NCBI GenBank assembly: GCA_951406725.2
Contig: OX597829.1
Coordinates: forward strand, 19,654,001-19,718,000
Direction: 5' to 3'
Source: Octopus vulgaris
Taxonomy: Eukaryota
DNA: 64,000 nucleotides
The notes below the pieces were generated by a model. The model was not told the origin of the DNA. It did not search any database and was given only the letters and a program-made list of their open reading frames with translations. The position numbers and the translations under genes are program-made. Positions 39,356-53,570 of this stretch are shown here, in pieces. Numbering within the stretch: position 1 is the first letter of the stretch; each line of letters opens with the position of its first letter.

Positions 39356-39794
39356 TTCAACATGATATGGCCTTCAATATAAAAATTCTTTTTAAGAAAA
39401 AGTCACATTAATGAATCCAAAGAATTTCTCTAATTTATATGTAAATATTATCTACAATAATTCTTTTTTGGAACTGGATCTCGAAGCAAAAAAAAGCTAT
39501 AAATAATAGCATGTAAATATTGGGTTGAAAAAAAAAACTCATCTGGATAGAAAAAAAAACCAAAGGCTGTCCATTAGACCTGATTCCACACATCTAGACA
39601 TAACAAGGTTTCTACAAGAGTTGAAAGTTGATATTCCAAGGGCAGCCTTTGACTCTTTCTATCCAAAAGAGTGTTTCAGTTCAATAGTTCCATGTTATTA
39701 TTTATAGCTTTATGTTCTGTCCAAAAAATTATTTCAAATTTGCTTAAGTTTATAAATTCTTAATATTTACAATATTTTTCAAGAATTATAATTA

Positions 39795-40015
39795 TACAAG
39801 GGGGTACTGAAAAGTTCCTGGCTTTAGGTAAGAGAAAACACAGGAGGATCAGTTAATTATGATTTTATTCAATATCTTCCCTTTTCAGATTCACACACTT
39901 ATAGCAATGATCCTTCAGGCTTTCTAAGCCCTGTAAAAGAACTCAGGAGATTGGGCCTTCAACCAGACATTTTGCAATACTCTTAAAACCAGGAACTTTT
40001 CAGCACTCTCTTGTA
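39795..40015. mobile_element. Tc1/mariner-type MITE in PGRMC intron 2
   Basis: TACAAGGGGGTACTGAAAAGTTCCTGG...CCAGGAACTTTTCAGCACTCTCTTGTA TIRs with TA ends; further copies at about 62840-63150 and 63490-63612. Confidence 0.75.
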
Positions 40016-40159
40016 ATATTTAGCTTGATTTAATTAAAGCAGTGATTGATTTATATAATTAGTTTATATATTTTATTAATAAATTTGGAAGTTTTCTTTT
40101 TATTATGCAGAAATTTAAGCATCTGCTAACTTTTAATTTTAATTTTTTTATTTTTGTAG

Positions 40160-40266
40160 ATGAATATACATTAGTCGGTAGATTATTACAGCCTGGACAA
40201 CAACCAATAGACTACACCGATTCTGAAGACGAAACTCATGATGATGACAAGTTAAAAGATACTTAA
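40160..40266 (+). CDS. PGRMC1: PGRMC exon 3 (terminal coding exon)
   Basis: Acceptor TTTTTGTAG|; DEYTLVGRLLQPGQQPIDYTDSEDETHDDDKLKDT*; the three exons sum to 567 nt = 188 aa + stop. Confidence 0.93.
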
Positions 40267-40717
40267 CCACTTTCAGCATTTAAACAGAAGAGAAAACTCA
40301 AATTACTATGATTTTCATTTTGAAAAGAGAAGAAAACATGGCTGTTTAAATATTGTTTATGTGTTCTATTTGCTGTATGTTTTAATATTTTATATTTTTT
40401 ATGTTTTTAATTTTTTCTCCCATTTTATTTTGAAAAACTGCCATTTTTAATTATTATTTTTTTTAAAAATATGATTTTGCTTCCATACTTTTCATTGTTA
40501 TCCCACATGACATACACAGCAAATGTCAATTTTCTCATTGGCTCATTTCACATGACCATCTATTTCACAGACCTGTTTTATATGGCAAATTGTAGGCTAT
40601 GCCTGTCAGTACTAAAACTAAAAGGATATGACTTCTGCATCTTTCACACTCAAAATAAGTATGTGAAACATGCATTGGGTCTCGAAATTATCAGTCTCAA
40701 ACATGCATATCATATAT

Positions 40718-41110
40718 GTACAAAGTTGGATCAAAAAGTATCAGAACTGGTGCTATAAAAAGAAAACTACAACACATATCAACTTGGCATTTAATCTCCT
40801 TTATAACACTTCCCTTCTGAAGCCACGCACTTTACTCAGTATCGTTTCCATTGATGGAAGCATTCCTGGAACTCCTATCTTGGGAAAGCGGGCAGCTGTC
40901 TCATTGCATTCTCTTGGAATTCTTTGACATATTGAAACATTGTTCCTTTGTGGGATTTGATTTCTGGAAACATTCTTAGCTGTGAAAAAGCTTCAAGACA
41001 TGTCTCTTTCCATGCTCACACCGACATACCCACACACAGTGTGTATTCTCTGCCATGGTCGCTGGTGGAGCTTCTGGGACGTGGTGAGATGACCACACTC
41101 TACACACTTT
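40718..41110. mobile_element. Mariner-like DNA transposon relic
   Basis: TACAAAGTTGGATCAAAAAGTATCAGAACTGG mariner-like TIR and TTCCATTGATGGAAGCATTCCTGG (reverse-strand QECFHQWK-like transposase C-terminus). Confidence 0.5.
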
Positions 41111-41125
41111 GCGTATGTATATACG

Positions 41126-41157
<32 letters not shown>

Positions 41158-41160
<3 letters not shown>

Positions 41161-44150
41161 TCATCATCTAAAATCTGTTTTCCATGCTGGTAGGAGTTGG
41201 ATGGCTTAACAGGAACTGGCAAGGCCAGGAACCATACCGGGTTCCATAGTCTGTTTTGGGTTAGTTTTTATGGCTGGATACCCTTCCTAACACCAACAAC
41301 TTTACAGAGTGTACTGGGTGGTTTTTATGTGGTATCATCACCAGTATTTTTAGTATGGCACAATCACCAGTGCTTTTTTACATGGTACCAGTACCTGTTC
41401 TTTTTTTTTTTGTAGCACCAACACAAACACCAATGATTTTTATGTGTCACTTTGGTTTCAGGATATGAATCTGTTTTGGTGAATGGGTCCTCTTCAGTAA
41501 GCAATGTGTCACCTATCTTGATCTTCTGTCAACTCTTTCATGAGGTTCAGCATTTTTAGATCGGCCTTTAATACTTCATCCCATGTCTTCCTATGTTTCC
41601 CTTTTCCACAAATTCCATAAAGAAGTGATGGACACCTCTTTATGCAGCTGTCCTCATCTATCCACATCACATGACCAAACCAGTGTAGTCTCCTTTTGCA
41701 CACTGCATATAATTTCTCTTATGCCCAACTTTTTTCCCAATAAACTTGTGCTCTGTTGCACATGTACACTGATATTGCACATCTGGTGGAGCATACCAGC
41801 TTCATTCCTCTCTACTCTTTACACACCCTCTGCATTCAAGGCCCAAATCCCTCTATCATGTAGCATTGCAGTTCACATTCTTTTGCATCATACATTCTTC
41901 CTCTCATACAATCTTCCTTTCACTTGGAGAGAGAGAGAGAGAACTCTGGTTGCCAACAGGGGTAAAAGCTCTCTGAACTTTCTCCATCCTACTCAGGTAC
42001 ATTTGAGGAAATCAGTTTCCCATGTATCTATAGTCTTTGTGGCTCATATACATTTTCCTCATGCAAACACTATCTTTGCCAACCATCCTATTATTCCAAT
42101 TCACCTTGTGTGTCTATAGCTTATACTGAGTACACCAAATGGAATTTCTGCCTACACCCTTCCTACATGTCAAGCAGGGCCATTTACCTGAAGAGTGAAA
42201 GGTCCTGTCTGAATTCTTTCTTAATAGAATCTTGGTCTTTGCTAAGTTAACTTTAAGACCCTTTGATTCCACATTCTATTTCCACCCATGGAATTTCTTT
42301 TCTAATTCGGTTATAGATTCTGCTATGAGAGCCAGATCATCAGTTATTCCCATTGTCTTCCAGTCTTAAATTCCTCTGTTTTGGCTTGGAGGACGATGAT
42401 GACTAGGAGGGAGATGAGGACCAAGCCTTGGTGAACACCTACCTGTATACTAAATTCATTATTGTACCCATGGCTAAATATTTCCTTACTATTAGCACCC
42501 CTGTACATAGCTTGTACTGCTTTCACAAGCCATTCGTCTATCTCTAGCTTCCTCAGAGGCCACCATATCACAGAAAGAGGTACCCTGTCAAATGCTTTAT
42601 CTAGATCAACAAATGTGAAGTATAACAGCGTGTTCTTATCTAAGTACTTGTTTTGAAGTTGCCTGACTATGAACTTAGCATCAGCCAAACTGCATTTCAT
42701 CAAGTCTAATTCTGTTAATTGGGCAACAACTCTCCACAACTTTCATCACCTGCCTCTTTAATTACATCTATCTAATGCATCTCCCTTGCCCTTGTAGGAG
42801 TTGACTACATTACTGCTACACTGATCACAAAGGATTATGCCTTTCTGAATAACCTGATTAATTAACTATATAGGTGATTACCCAGTATCTAACTCTACAA
42901 GATATTGTAAGCATCTCAAAGGTAACTCCTGATGGATCAGGAGCCTTCCCTATCATCATATCTTTAATTGCCTTATCTATCATTTTGCTGTCAACTAGAA
43001 AAGCTTGTCCCTCTGTTGGATTCACATGAGGGAGACTCCCTTGCTTCCATTCGTTCTCCACATTTAATAGCCCTTCATATTAGCTCTTCCATGCCTCTTT
43101 CTTTTCAGGATCACTAAGAGCAAGTGTACCATTAATTGTCTGTACACTCTTCTCTTCCATAAGATCTTGATTCTGTCTAACACACTGTCTGGAAATCCAG
43201 AACATCTCAAGTCTCTGACTTTCATGCTGTAAGACATAAGCAAACTTTTTCCTTTCTACTTCTGCCCTTTGTTAGATACACCTAGTGCCTAGCTTCTTTT
43301 TTAGCAATCTGATATGGTTCTTTATACTCCCACTCTTTCCAAGCCCGTTTCTTCTCTTTTATAGCCCTGTTGATCTAACTCTTCCACCACCATGTCACCC
43401 TTGGTCAGGGGGAAGCTTTGCTCCAACCAGATTTAGTCTGACATCCTCAGTTGACTGTCCCATAATAACTTCTAGTTGTCCTCTATGTTGTATGTCTCCA
43501 TCTCTTCCTCCTTTTCATCAAAGACTTCATAAAGAACATCTCTAAATCTCTGCCCATTTGAAAGATCCTTGAGCTTCCATAATCTCCTTTTCCATCAGGA
43601 TCCTTCTAGGCTTAAGTCCAAAGTCGCTAACCACTCACCTTTGATGAGCTGTAGATTCTTCACCTGGGAAAGACTTTGCATTCACAAGTCCCTGTCCCTG
43701 TTTCTGGTGAGGATGTAGTCCACCTGGCTGGTGTGCCCAACAAATTGATAAGTGATCAGATGGCCGACAGGTTTCCTGAAGTTGGTACTGCAAGCTATTA
43801 AGGCATTTGCTTCACAAACTCCAGCAGCTTTGTTCGCTCCTCCTTTTGTAACCAAAGTTGTAGCCTCCATACATGCCTTAAAAAAAAACCATTGGAGTGT
43901 TTTCCAACATGACCATTGAAGTCCCCTGCCATGATGAGAATGTTATTGTCTTTTATCGTCAAAGTATTCTGAAGAAGGGATTCATAGAATCAGTTCTGAA
44001 TATTTGCGAGTTCAACATATGGACCATATGCAGAGATAAACGACAGGTTTTCTTTAAACCGGACTAATCTTAGCTTAATAATCCTATTACACCCTAACTA
44101 CCTCAATCACCTTATCCACTCACTTCTCTGCCAAAAGAATACCTATCCCA
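41158..44150 (-). mobile_element. Long degraded RTE LINE (endonuclease, RT and 3' UTR)
   Basis: Fragments SQVDYILTR (AP endonuclease), GKAPDPSG, FVDLDKAFDRVP...GVHQG (RT), RLHWFGHV...RKTWDEV; many stops and frameshifts. Confidence 0.88.
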
Positions 44151-44789
44151 TCATTGCTGCCCACCCAGAAGAACTTGTATTTATCTCTCTCTCTCTCTCT
44201 CTCAATATATATATATAAATAAATATGTATATGTATGTACGATGTGTGTGTGTGTGCATGCCTGGATGTAGAGATACTCTGGTTAGTTTCCAATAACACA
44301 GTAAGTCCACTGGGATTGAGTGACCTCTGGTCTTTGTCAAGGCATCCCCCGAGGAGAAGGCTCTCATATACCAGCTCTACTGACCTGGATATCTTGCCCT
44401 TTGCTTGTCTCGGAACTTTGTGGTGTTGCTAGTGAGAGTCATTGTGGTTTTGTGAAAGCTGCACTTGACTTGAAACCCTTGCACAGGCATTGCTGACATA
44501 TCTATCATGCTTGTCTAACAAGTAGAAAGTAGATAGGTGTGTGTGTGTGTGTATACATATCAGATTTTTATATAAAAGATCAAATGCATGGTTGATATGT
44601 TTCTCATTGTATTAAATTTAAATATATTGTGTCTTTAATCTGTATTTATCTCTGCACAGTAAACAGTAGTGTTACACAATCTAGTTATATAATTCTTTTT
44701 TTGGAATATCTCAAAGCATGCACATAAAAGCTTTCTCTATGTGCTTTGACATATTCACCCCCCAAAAAAAGAATTATTTAACATTCACC

Positions 44790-44936
44790 GTTAGGAAGGG
44801 CATCCAGCTGTAGAAACATTGCCAGATAAGACTGGAGCCTTGTGCAGCCTTCTGGCTTCCCAGATCCCCGGTCGAACCGTCCAACCCATGCTAGCATAGA
44901 GAACGGATGTTAAACGATGATGATGATGATGATGAT
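44790..44936 (+). mobile_element. RTE 3' tail
   Basis: TTAGGAAGGGCATCCAGCTGTAG...GTTAAACGATGATG. Confidence 0.85.
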
Positions 44937-45051
44937 TCTCTCGAAAGTTTATAAAATTCTTATGGCATCAACAGCATTTAGTAATGTAAAAATGGCCAAT
45001 GAACATATAGCTATTTATCTATCTGTCTGTTTGTCTGTCTGTCTGTCTCTG

Positions 45052-46160
<1,109 letters not shown>

Positions 46161-46161
46161 T

Positions 46162-46455
46162 ATCATCATCATCATCATCATCGTCGTTTAACGTCCGTTC
46201 TCCATGCTAGCATGGGTTGGACGGTTCGACCGGGGATCTGGGAAGCCAGAAGGCTGCACCAGGCTCCAGTTTTATCTGGCAGTGTTTCTACAGCTGGATG
46301 CCCTTCCTAACGCCAACCACTCCGTGAGTGTAGTGGGTGCTTTTTACGTGCCACCTGCACAGGTGCCAGGCGAGGCTGGCAACGGCCACGGTCGGATTGG
46401 TGTATTTTATGTGCCACCGGCACGGAAGCCAGACGAGGCGGTGCTGGCATCGGCA
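46162..46455 (-). mobile_element. RTE 3' tail
   Basis: Reverse-complement match to 44790-44936 and 17383-17615. Confidence 0.85.
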
Positions 46456-46599
46456 TTTATATATATATATACTTATATATATTTATACATATATATATAT
46501 ATATTTATACATATATATATATATATTTATACATATATATTTATATATATATATATTTATACATATATATTTATACATATATATATATATATATATATT

Positions 46600-46631
<32 letters not shown>

Positions 46632-46664
46632 TATATATATTTATTTATATATATATATTTATTT

Positions 46665-46695
<31 letters not shown>

Positions 46696-47964
46696 CTTAT
46701 ATATATTTATTTGTATATAAGACCCTTTGGAAATTTAACATTTGGTGCATGAGCTAGGTGTGGTAGTAAGAAAGAAAGAAAATGTCCAATTCCCTTTTTA
46801 ATTAGTTGCCTTCTTTTTGAGATTTAGTATGTTGAAAAGTTTTATATTTTTGTATGAAACTATTTTTATGAAGTAAATATTGCAGTTTTTATTTTAGACA
46901 CAGAGCCAAATTTTACTTCCATTGAACTGTTGTTTAAAGTAGCAAGTTTTGACATAGAAAATCTAAATATAATATTACTAATAGTTTCATGTTCGAAAAG
47001 CTAACCAGCATCATTTGGTAAAAACTGTTGTTACTAATGTTTGTGAAACAACTACTCTGTTAAACATCATTAATCTTAGAGTATCCATACAGACTTTGTT
47101 TTTTTCCATATTTATTTGTTTATTCATTTTACAACAGACTGCTAACACATCCTGTTGTTTTATTCCCCTCCCCCTCCACCTACTAAATTGTCTGTGTTTA
47201 ACCCATACTTACTTTATTCGGTTCTAGAAATTTACATTACTGATATAATTAAAAGTCGGTACTCATAACAATGTTGTCAATGTTACACATAGTAGATTTT
47301 CATGAGATGGTACTTTGCCTATAAGGGCTTGAAACATACCTTTTACTAAGAATTTGGTTAAAAGATGACAAATTTATATGTTATTTTAACATTTCTAATG
47401 TTTTGTCATGCTGATACTATCACAAAATTCCTTTTAGCTCAATCATACTTTCCTCTGTGTGTGTGTGTATCTGTCTATCATTTCAATTGAGTCATTACAT
47501 CCTATTATTTTCTCACCAATTTCTAAATGTAATAAGTTTTATAACTCTTTCCCCAAATTTCTATCTCCGTGCCACCCTCTTCTCACCCGTTATTTTCCTT
47601 TTAAACACTAAACTACCAACAATTCAAATTGAATGCTATGTTTTCTAAATTCACCAGACTAGAACAGTCTAATATGTGTTTAACTATTTACACATTCAGT
47701 CTCTTCTCTTTGACTCATTTTCTCCATACCTCCATGTTTCTCCCTCCCTTTGTGTATGTGTGTGTGTGTGTGTGTATTTAATCCTTATAATTGAAAGGTT
47801 TTGATTTCCAGGTTGTTCGTTTCCAACCATCAGCTGTTAAACTGAGCCTGGTTTTCTTTTGAACATTCAATATCTGAATATTTTTTTGAAATATGAAATG
47901 AAAATTTGAAGGAAACACTTATCATTACATTCTAAATGAAAGAATAATATAAGCATTGCCTTCA

Positions 47965-48180
47965 ATCATCATCATCATCATCATTTAATGTACGTTTTCC
48001 ATGCTAGCATGGGTTGGACGGTTCGACCAGGGTCTGGGAAGCGAGGAGGCTGTGCCAAGCTCCAGTCTGATCTGGCATTGTTTCTACAGCCAGATGCCCT
48101 TCCTAACACCAACCACTTCGTGAGTGTAGTGGGTGCTTTTTACGTGCCACTGGCACAGGGGCCAGGGGAGGCTGGCAAAT
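47965..48180 (-). mobile_element. RTE 3' tail
   Basis: (CAT)n followed by TTTTCCATGCTAGCATGGGTTGGACGG... Confidence 0.8.
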
Positions 48181-48281
48181 GACGCCCAGTGTACCATTGA
48201 TGATTGGAAATGAGTAATAATGAGTACTGGAAATCGGAACTTTCAGTTGTAATGTATTGAAGAATACTCTGCACACCACAT

Positions 48282-48445
48282 AGGCGCAGGAGTGGCTGTG
48301 TGGTAAGTAGCTTACTAACCAACCACATGGTTCTGGGTTCAATCCCACTGCATGGCATCTTGGGCAAGTGTCTTCTGCTCTAGCCCCGGACCGACCAATG
48401 CCTTGTGAGTGGATTTGGTAGACGGAAACTGAAAGAAACCTGTCG

Positions 48446-48488
<43 letters not shown>

Positions 48489-48693
48489 TTGTGTGTCTGT
48501 GTTTGTTCCCCTAGCATTGCTTGACAACCGATGCTGGTGTGTTTACATCCTCGTCACTTAGCGGTTTGGCAAAAAGAGACCAGTAGAATAAGTACTGGGC
48601 TTACAAAAAGAATAAGTCCCGGGGTCGAGTTGCTCGACTAAAGGTGGTGCTCCAGCATGGCCGCAGTCAAATGACTGAAAACAAGTAAAAGAG
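48282..48693 (+). mobile_element. SINE family A, young full-length copy
   Basis: Same structure as 33416-33828. Confidence 0.88.
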
Positions 48694-49965
48694 TACTTGT
48701 ATTGAATTTTGTAATTTATCACTTCTGGTGAATCAACAAATGTATGTATGTATGTATGTATGTATGCATGTATGTAAATGGATGTATGTATGTATGTGCA
48801 TACACAAATACACATGCACACACACAATACCAACCGCTAATACTATGTTTGAAATATCTAATCAAATTTAAAATGTTATAGACACTAAACTACCCGAAAT
48901 ATATTACTTAATACATTTTGTTTCAGATCCATACAATTGAATCTTATTTCCTACATTTGTCGTATAAACTTATGATGAAATGTGAAAATAATTTTCAGAG
49001 TTGTAAATAGTAATATTTCATGTATATTAAGACAGTGAGATGGCAGACACAGTAAAGCTATCAGCTTAAAGTTGTTACTCTCATCTCATTACATCCTGCA
49101 TTTTCTTTCATTCAACAGAGTTGAACTTTTGCTTTTTTTTGTTTTTTTGCCCCTCATATCTAATTCAAGTACTTTTGAATGAAAAATCTGGAACTTGTTC
49201 AATCAATTGTAGATGCTACTCTACAAAATATTGTACAGAGTTAAAAATTGTTTTTAATTTATATAATTATAAGCTTATTAACAAGCTAGAGATTACAGCA
49301 TTAGCTTAATAATTTTTTTTTTCTAATGTCATTTTAGTCTACTGCCTATCCTATAATATGTTAGTAAGGTTAGATACAGTATTAAATCTGCTATTCAATA
49401 TTATTTTGAACATTGAAAAATTGTTGTTTAGCTCAGTACCTAGTCTGATCAAACAGATGTATGATATAAAACATTCCACTAGTGACAGTCTCAACATTTT
49501 TAGGGGCATTTAGGGTCTCTATTGGTCACTGTTGGCCTTGCATCAACAGATGCATATACAAGTTCTGATAAGATCACTTTTTTTAAGAAGGCAGGCAGTC
49601 GCTTGTGTCTGCAAGTCTTCCATCTCCATGCCACCAATATTTGTCCAAGGGAAAGGCCAAAGACTCAGAGTGATACAACATGGTAGCAATGTCCTCATAG
49701 CTTTTACTATCGTAACATAAAGAACTGTAACAGATATTGCAAGGTCATCTTGAATCACCCTCTGAAAGTTCTGTCAATACATCCCCTGGATCTGTACTTT
49801 ATTGACCCCAGAAGGATAAAAGGCAAAGTTGACCAGAATAAGATTTGAACTCAGAGCACAGAGAGTTGGAACAAGTCCCACAAGGTATTTCATTCAATGT
49901 GCTAATGACTCTTGTTAATTTGCTGCTTTAGTAGTATTTTAATAATAATAATAATAATAATAATA

Positions 49966-50995
49966 TCACTCAGTGAGCACAAACTTCCGCCAAGGCAACA
50001 CCAACAATTAGCCAGAGATAAATTTTAAAATGAGAATATCTGAAATAAACTCGACTGCTCTCACAAATGAGAATACTAAAAATGAACCCAAACGCTTTCA
50101 AAAATTAAGTAAAATAAACTGGAAAAATAATCCAAAATCCTTGTCTGGTACCTGATTGATCCCAATGGTAGACATGGAATGTGAAGGTGGGTGTGTGGAT
50201 TGAGCTTGTAATGCTGTATGTGTGTTGTCTGCAGTGGGAACAGGGACAGTTTTCTCTATGAAGGCCTTTTTTAGTCTATCCACTAATATAATATCTTTAT
50301 GACCATTAAGGTCTATAGTGAAAAATTTATCCATACATGAAAGAAAACGGAAAGGACCTGCATACGGTGCTGTTAACAGAGGTTTAACAACATCATTGTG
50401 CACAAAAATGTGAGTCCAAGAAGTAAAGCTTCCTTCAAGGCAGAGCTAGAAATGCAATTGTCAAGTAGGTAAGAAGTTATAAACAGGAGCGATATATTCA
50501 AAATTGGTAAAACTAAAAATTGTCAAGGATAAATTAAATTATTATTGTTACTGAATATGTTAGTGTTATTTAATTTCTGAAAGGTTTTGCTGCCATTTGT
50601 TTATGTAGTTTGATTTCTTTATCAATCAGTTTCTAAAATAGAGACACTAGTAAAATTGATAATAGAGAAACGAAAATAAGACTTTGGAAACAGTAACGCT
50701 GCCATAACTTACATGGAAACCATGAGTGTGTTTTCAAGGGAGATAATCAGAGAAAGACTTGACAGTCAACATAAGATCGTAATACTTCATGTATAGTAAA
50801 ATAAATATAACAAATAATCCAGAATTTTTATCCGGTACCAGATCAATCCCCAAATCTAATCAGTTCATGCAAGTCATGAGGCCAAACATCCCTGAAAGTT
50901 TCATTCCACTCCATCCAGATATCTTGTCCACAGACAAACAAACAAACACAACTGAAAACAATACCTCTGCCTTAGCGAAAGCAGAGGTAATAATA
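49966..50995. mobile_element. Helentron/HINE-like non-autonomous element
   Basis: Subterminal AAACTTCCGCCAAGGC at the left end; terminal hairpin ACCTCTGCCTT-AGCG-AAAGCAGAGGT at about 50962-50989 preceded by a (CAAA)-type microsatellite; internal AAATAATCC...GGTACC...GATC duplicated. Confidence 0.5.
50170..50425 (-). mobile_element. Gypsy LTR-retrotransposon integrase C-terminal (GPY/F) fragment
   Basis: KPLLTAPYAGPFRFLSCMDKFFTIDLNGHKDIILVDRLKKAF resembles the PL.PPY.GPF.V...V..DRLKPA motif. Confidence 0.72.
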
Positions 50996-51749
50996 AAGCA
51001 AGCTGGCAGAATCATTAGCGCACTGGATGAAATGCTTATCGGTATTTTGCCTGTTGCTGCATTCTGAGATCAAATTCCGCCAAGGTTGACTTTGCCTTTC
51101 ATCCTTTTGGGGTCGATAAAATAAGTACCAGTTGCATACTGGCATCAATGTAATTGACTTAACCCCACCTCAAATTTGCTGGCCTTGTGCCAAAATTTGA
51201 AGCCAATTATTATTATTATTATTATTATTATTATTTGATGAATTCTTTCTTTTTGTTTAAGACATCAGGGCATAATTCGTAGATTTGGTTACTATTTCTT
51301 TCAACTCGAGTGAATGAATAGATACTACCTAGGCTCAAGAAATGAAGAGTGAAGAGACTAGGTACCTAAGCCCTATCTATCACTTTTTGCTAATTCTATA
51401 CTAAAATACTGATTAAAATACATAAACGTAGAAAGTTGGCTAAAGCTTAAAATATCTTGCGAAGTATTTAATAATCAGTTAATTCTTCAAATTATGGGCA
51501 GTCTGTTGAAAGCTTCCAAAAAATTCATGTGAAGTTTAAATGTACTTTTAAGTGTTGCAGTCAGGTCTTTGCACTTCATTATAACTAGTGGTTGTGATGA
51601 TCATATGGTTTCACTGCCTTTATCATGGAAAAGATCATGCTTCATCTGTAAACTGGATTCATATGAAAAATAACCAATCTGAGGGGTGTTTTCTTTTTTT
51701 TTAATTCTTCCTTTGCAGGTGTTATTTAACTTAGGCTGAATCCCAAAAT

Positions 51750-53570
51750 GTATGACTTTCTTTATGATGAGTTGTCTTTTCCTCTTTGTTACAAATCTCA
51801 GCCTCATCAGTGGAGCTAATAATCTACTTTTGATGTAACCTTGACATCCAACTTCTATTAACACTTTACTCCATATTCCACACTCTCATCAATGAGTGCT
51901 TTGTAATTTTCATTTGTAAGTCATTCTATTGTTTGACTATCAATCAGCTAATGGTGAGCTCCACAATCTTGATGACATTCTTATCCAGGTTCCACAACAC
52001 CAAATTGAGCCTTCAGCTACAGCTGGAAGTGTGTCCTTCCTAAATCAGTCACCACTTGCTTTTTCTTACTCCATCTGGTATCGATCTGTTTTGAGGTTTG
52101 TTTGTGTTTTAGTATACAGTACCCTGATTATGGATCTGAACTAGTCTTGTTTTTCTGATTAAAAGTAACAAGCCATTGTTTAATATCAGCAAGCTTCCTT
52201 TCTGCTGCAGCACTGATGATAGTCATAACTCTATTACATTACCATAAATACAGTTTTTGTAGACTTATGTGGCAGCTAAAGAGACTATGTCTTGTTTTCC
52301 TCTTGTTACAAACACAGTTGACTAACCTTGTAACATATCATAAAATAGCCTGAATCAAGAAACTTATGTGAGCTTGTTCACTGCAGGACACTTTTCTTTC
52401 AATTACTTTACTTTCACAACTAAGATGTTGATTTATTTGTGGCTCTGCACTAATTGTATATATCATCTATTTGTCTTTTTTTCCTTTATTCCTTCTTGAA
52501 TTGCCTCCTTTTTTTCTACTTCTTTGCCATTGACAATGAAGGTATAAAAGGTCCATGGCCTAACCCTTTCGTTGTTGATTGTACTTCTCCAACAATGTCC
52601 TGGTATTGTAATAATCATATAACTTCTTCAGTTTCTTCTTCTACCCTCCATTTTCACCATGTGTAGTTTTTTTTATTTTTATGGGTCTGAACATTTCATT
52701 CAAACTTCTGAGTCTTACAGCAATATAATTGTGCATACTTTTCCACACTTGTGCTGTTGCATGATTGAAGTTGAAGCAAATGTGACTCCCAGTGTGCAGA
52801 CTTGTATATAATTTTACTCATATCCTTTTTGGTAGGTACTGCATGAGCTCCCCAACTGTCTTGTATCTGTTGTTGACGTTTTTCTCTTTGTAGTTTTACT
52901 ACATGTCTTGAATTCTTGGTCTTGAAATTCATTCCAGTTCAATCAGCTAATTTATCCAGCCATGATAAGATATTGCTCATGACTTTATTATTCTGTGCTA
53001 GGATGGTGATATGGCTATTTCAGTTTCTATCTTTGCCATTTTATTCTAAAGTTTGTAGCAGAACAACTCTTTAAAAAATTGTTATAGTATTACCATCATC
53101 AGTTCCTGCATATTTATGGTATTCCAGAAGTTCTCCCACAAGAACTTGTGATATGGAACCATAAGGCATTTGCTAACTCTAATCAGACAATCACAAAATC
53201 CTGTCTATCCTTCTTGGCACATGGAATCTTTTCCCAGATTTCACTACCTTGAAACCATGCATTACTGGAAAATCAATTTCTGTACAGAAATTATAGTATA
53301 GCTGTTTTGATTTCATGACTTGTGCTGTTATGCCAGCAAAGACCTTACCATCAATATTCAGCAGAGAGATCAGTTGAAACTTTGTTAAGAGTACTAAATT
53401 CTCTTCTGTCAGTGGATATACACCACCCAATCTGCATCATAGAGTAGCCAAACCTTTTTTTTTTCTGCCAATATCACCATCATAAACGGTTTGTGTGGGG
53501 CCCAGAAAGCTGCTTATAAACATTATATGGGATATTGTCTGTTCTCAGGGCTCTTCCTAAGCCTGGCTTT
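51750..53570 (-). mobile_element. Degraded HERO/NeSL-like (restriction-like endonuclease) non-LTR retrotransposon
   Basis: EEN...KFQLISLLNIDGKVF (RT N-terminal region) and IEVGCQGY (RLE C-terminal IEVGCRGF-like motif) in colinear order. Confidence 0.6.
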
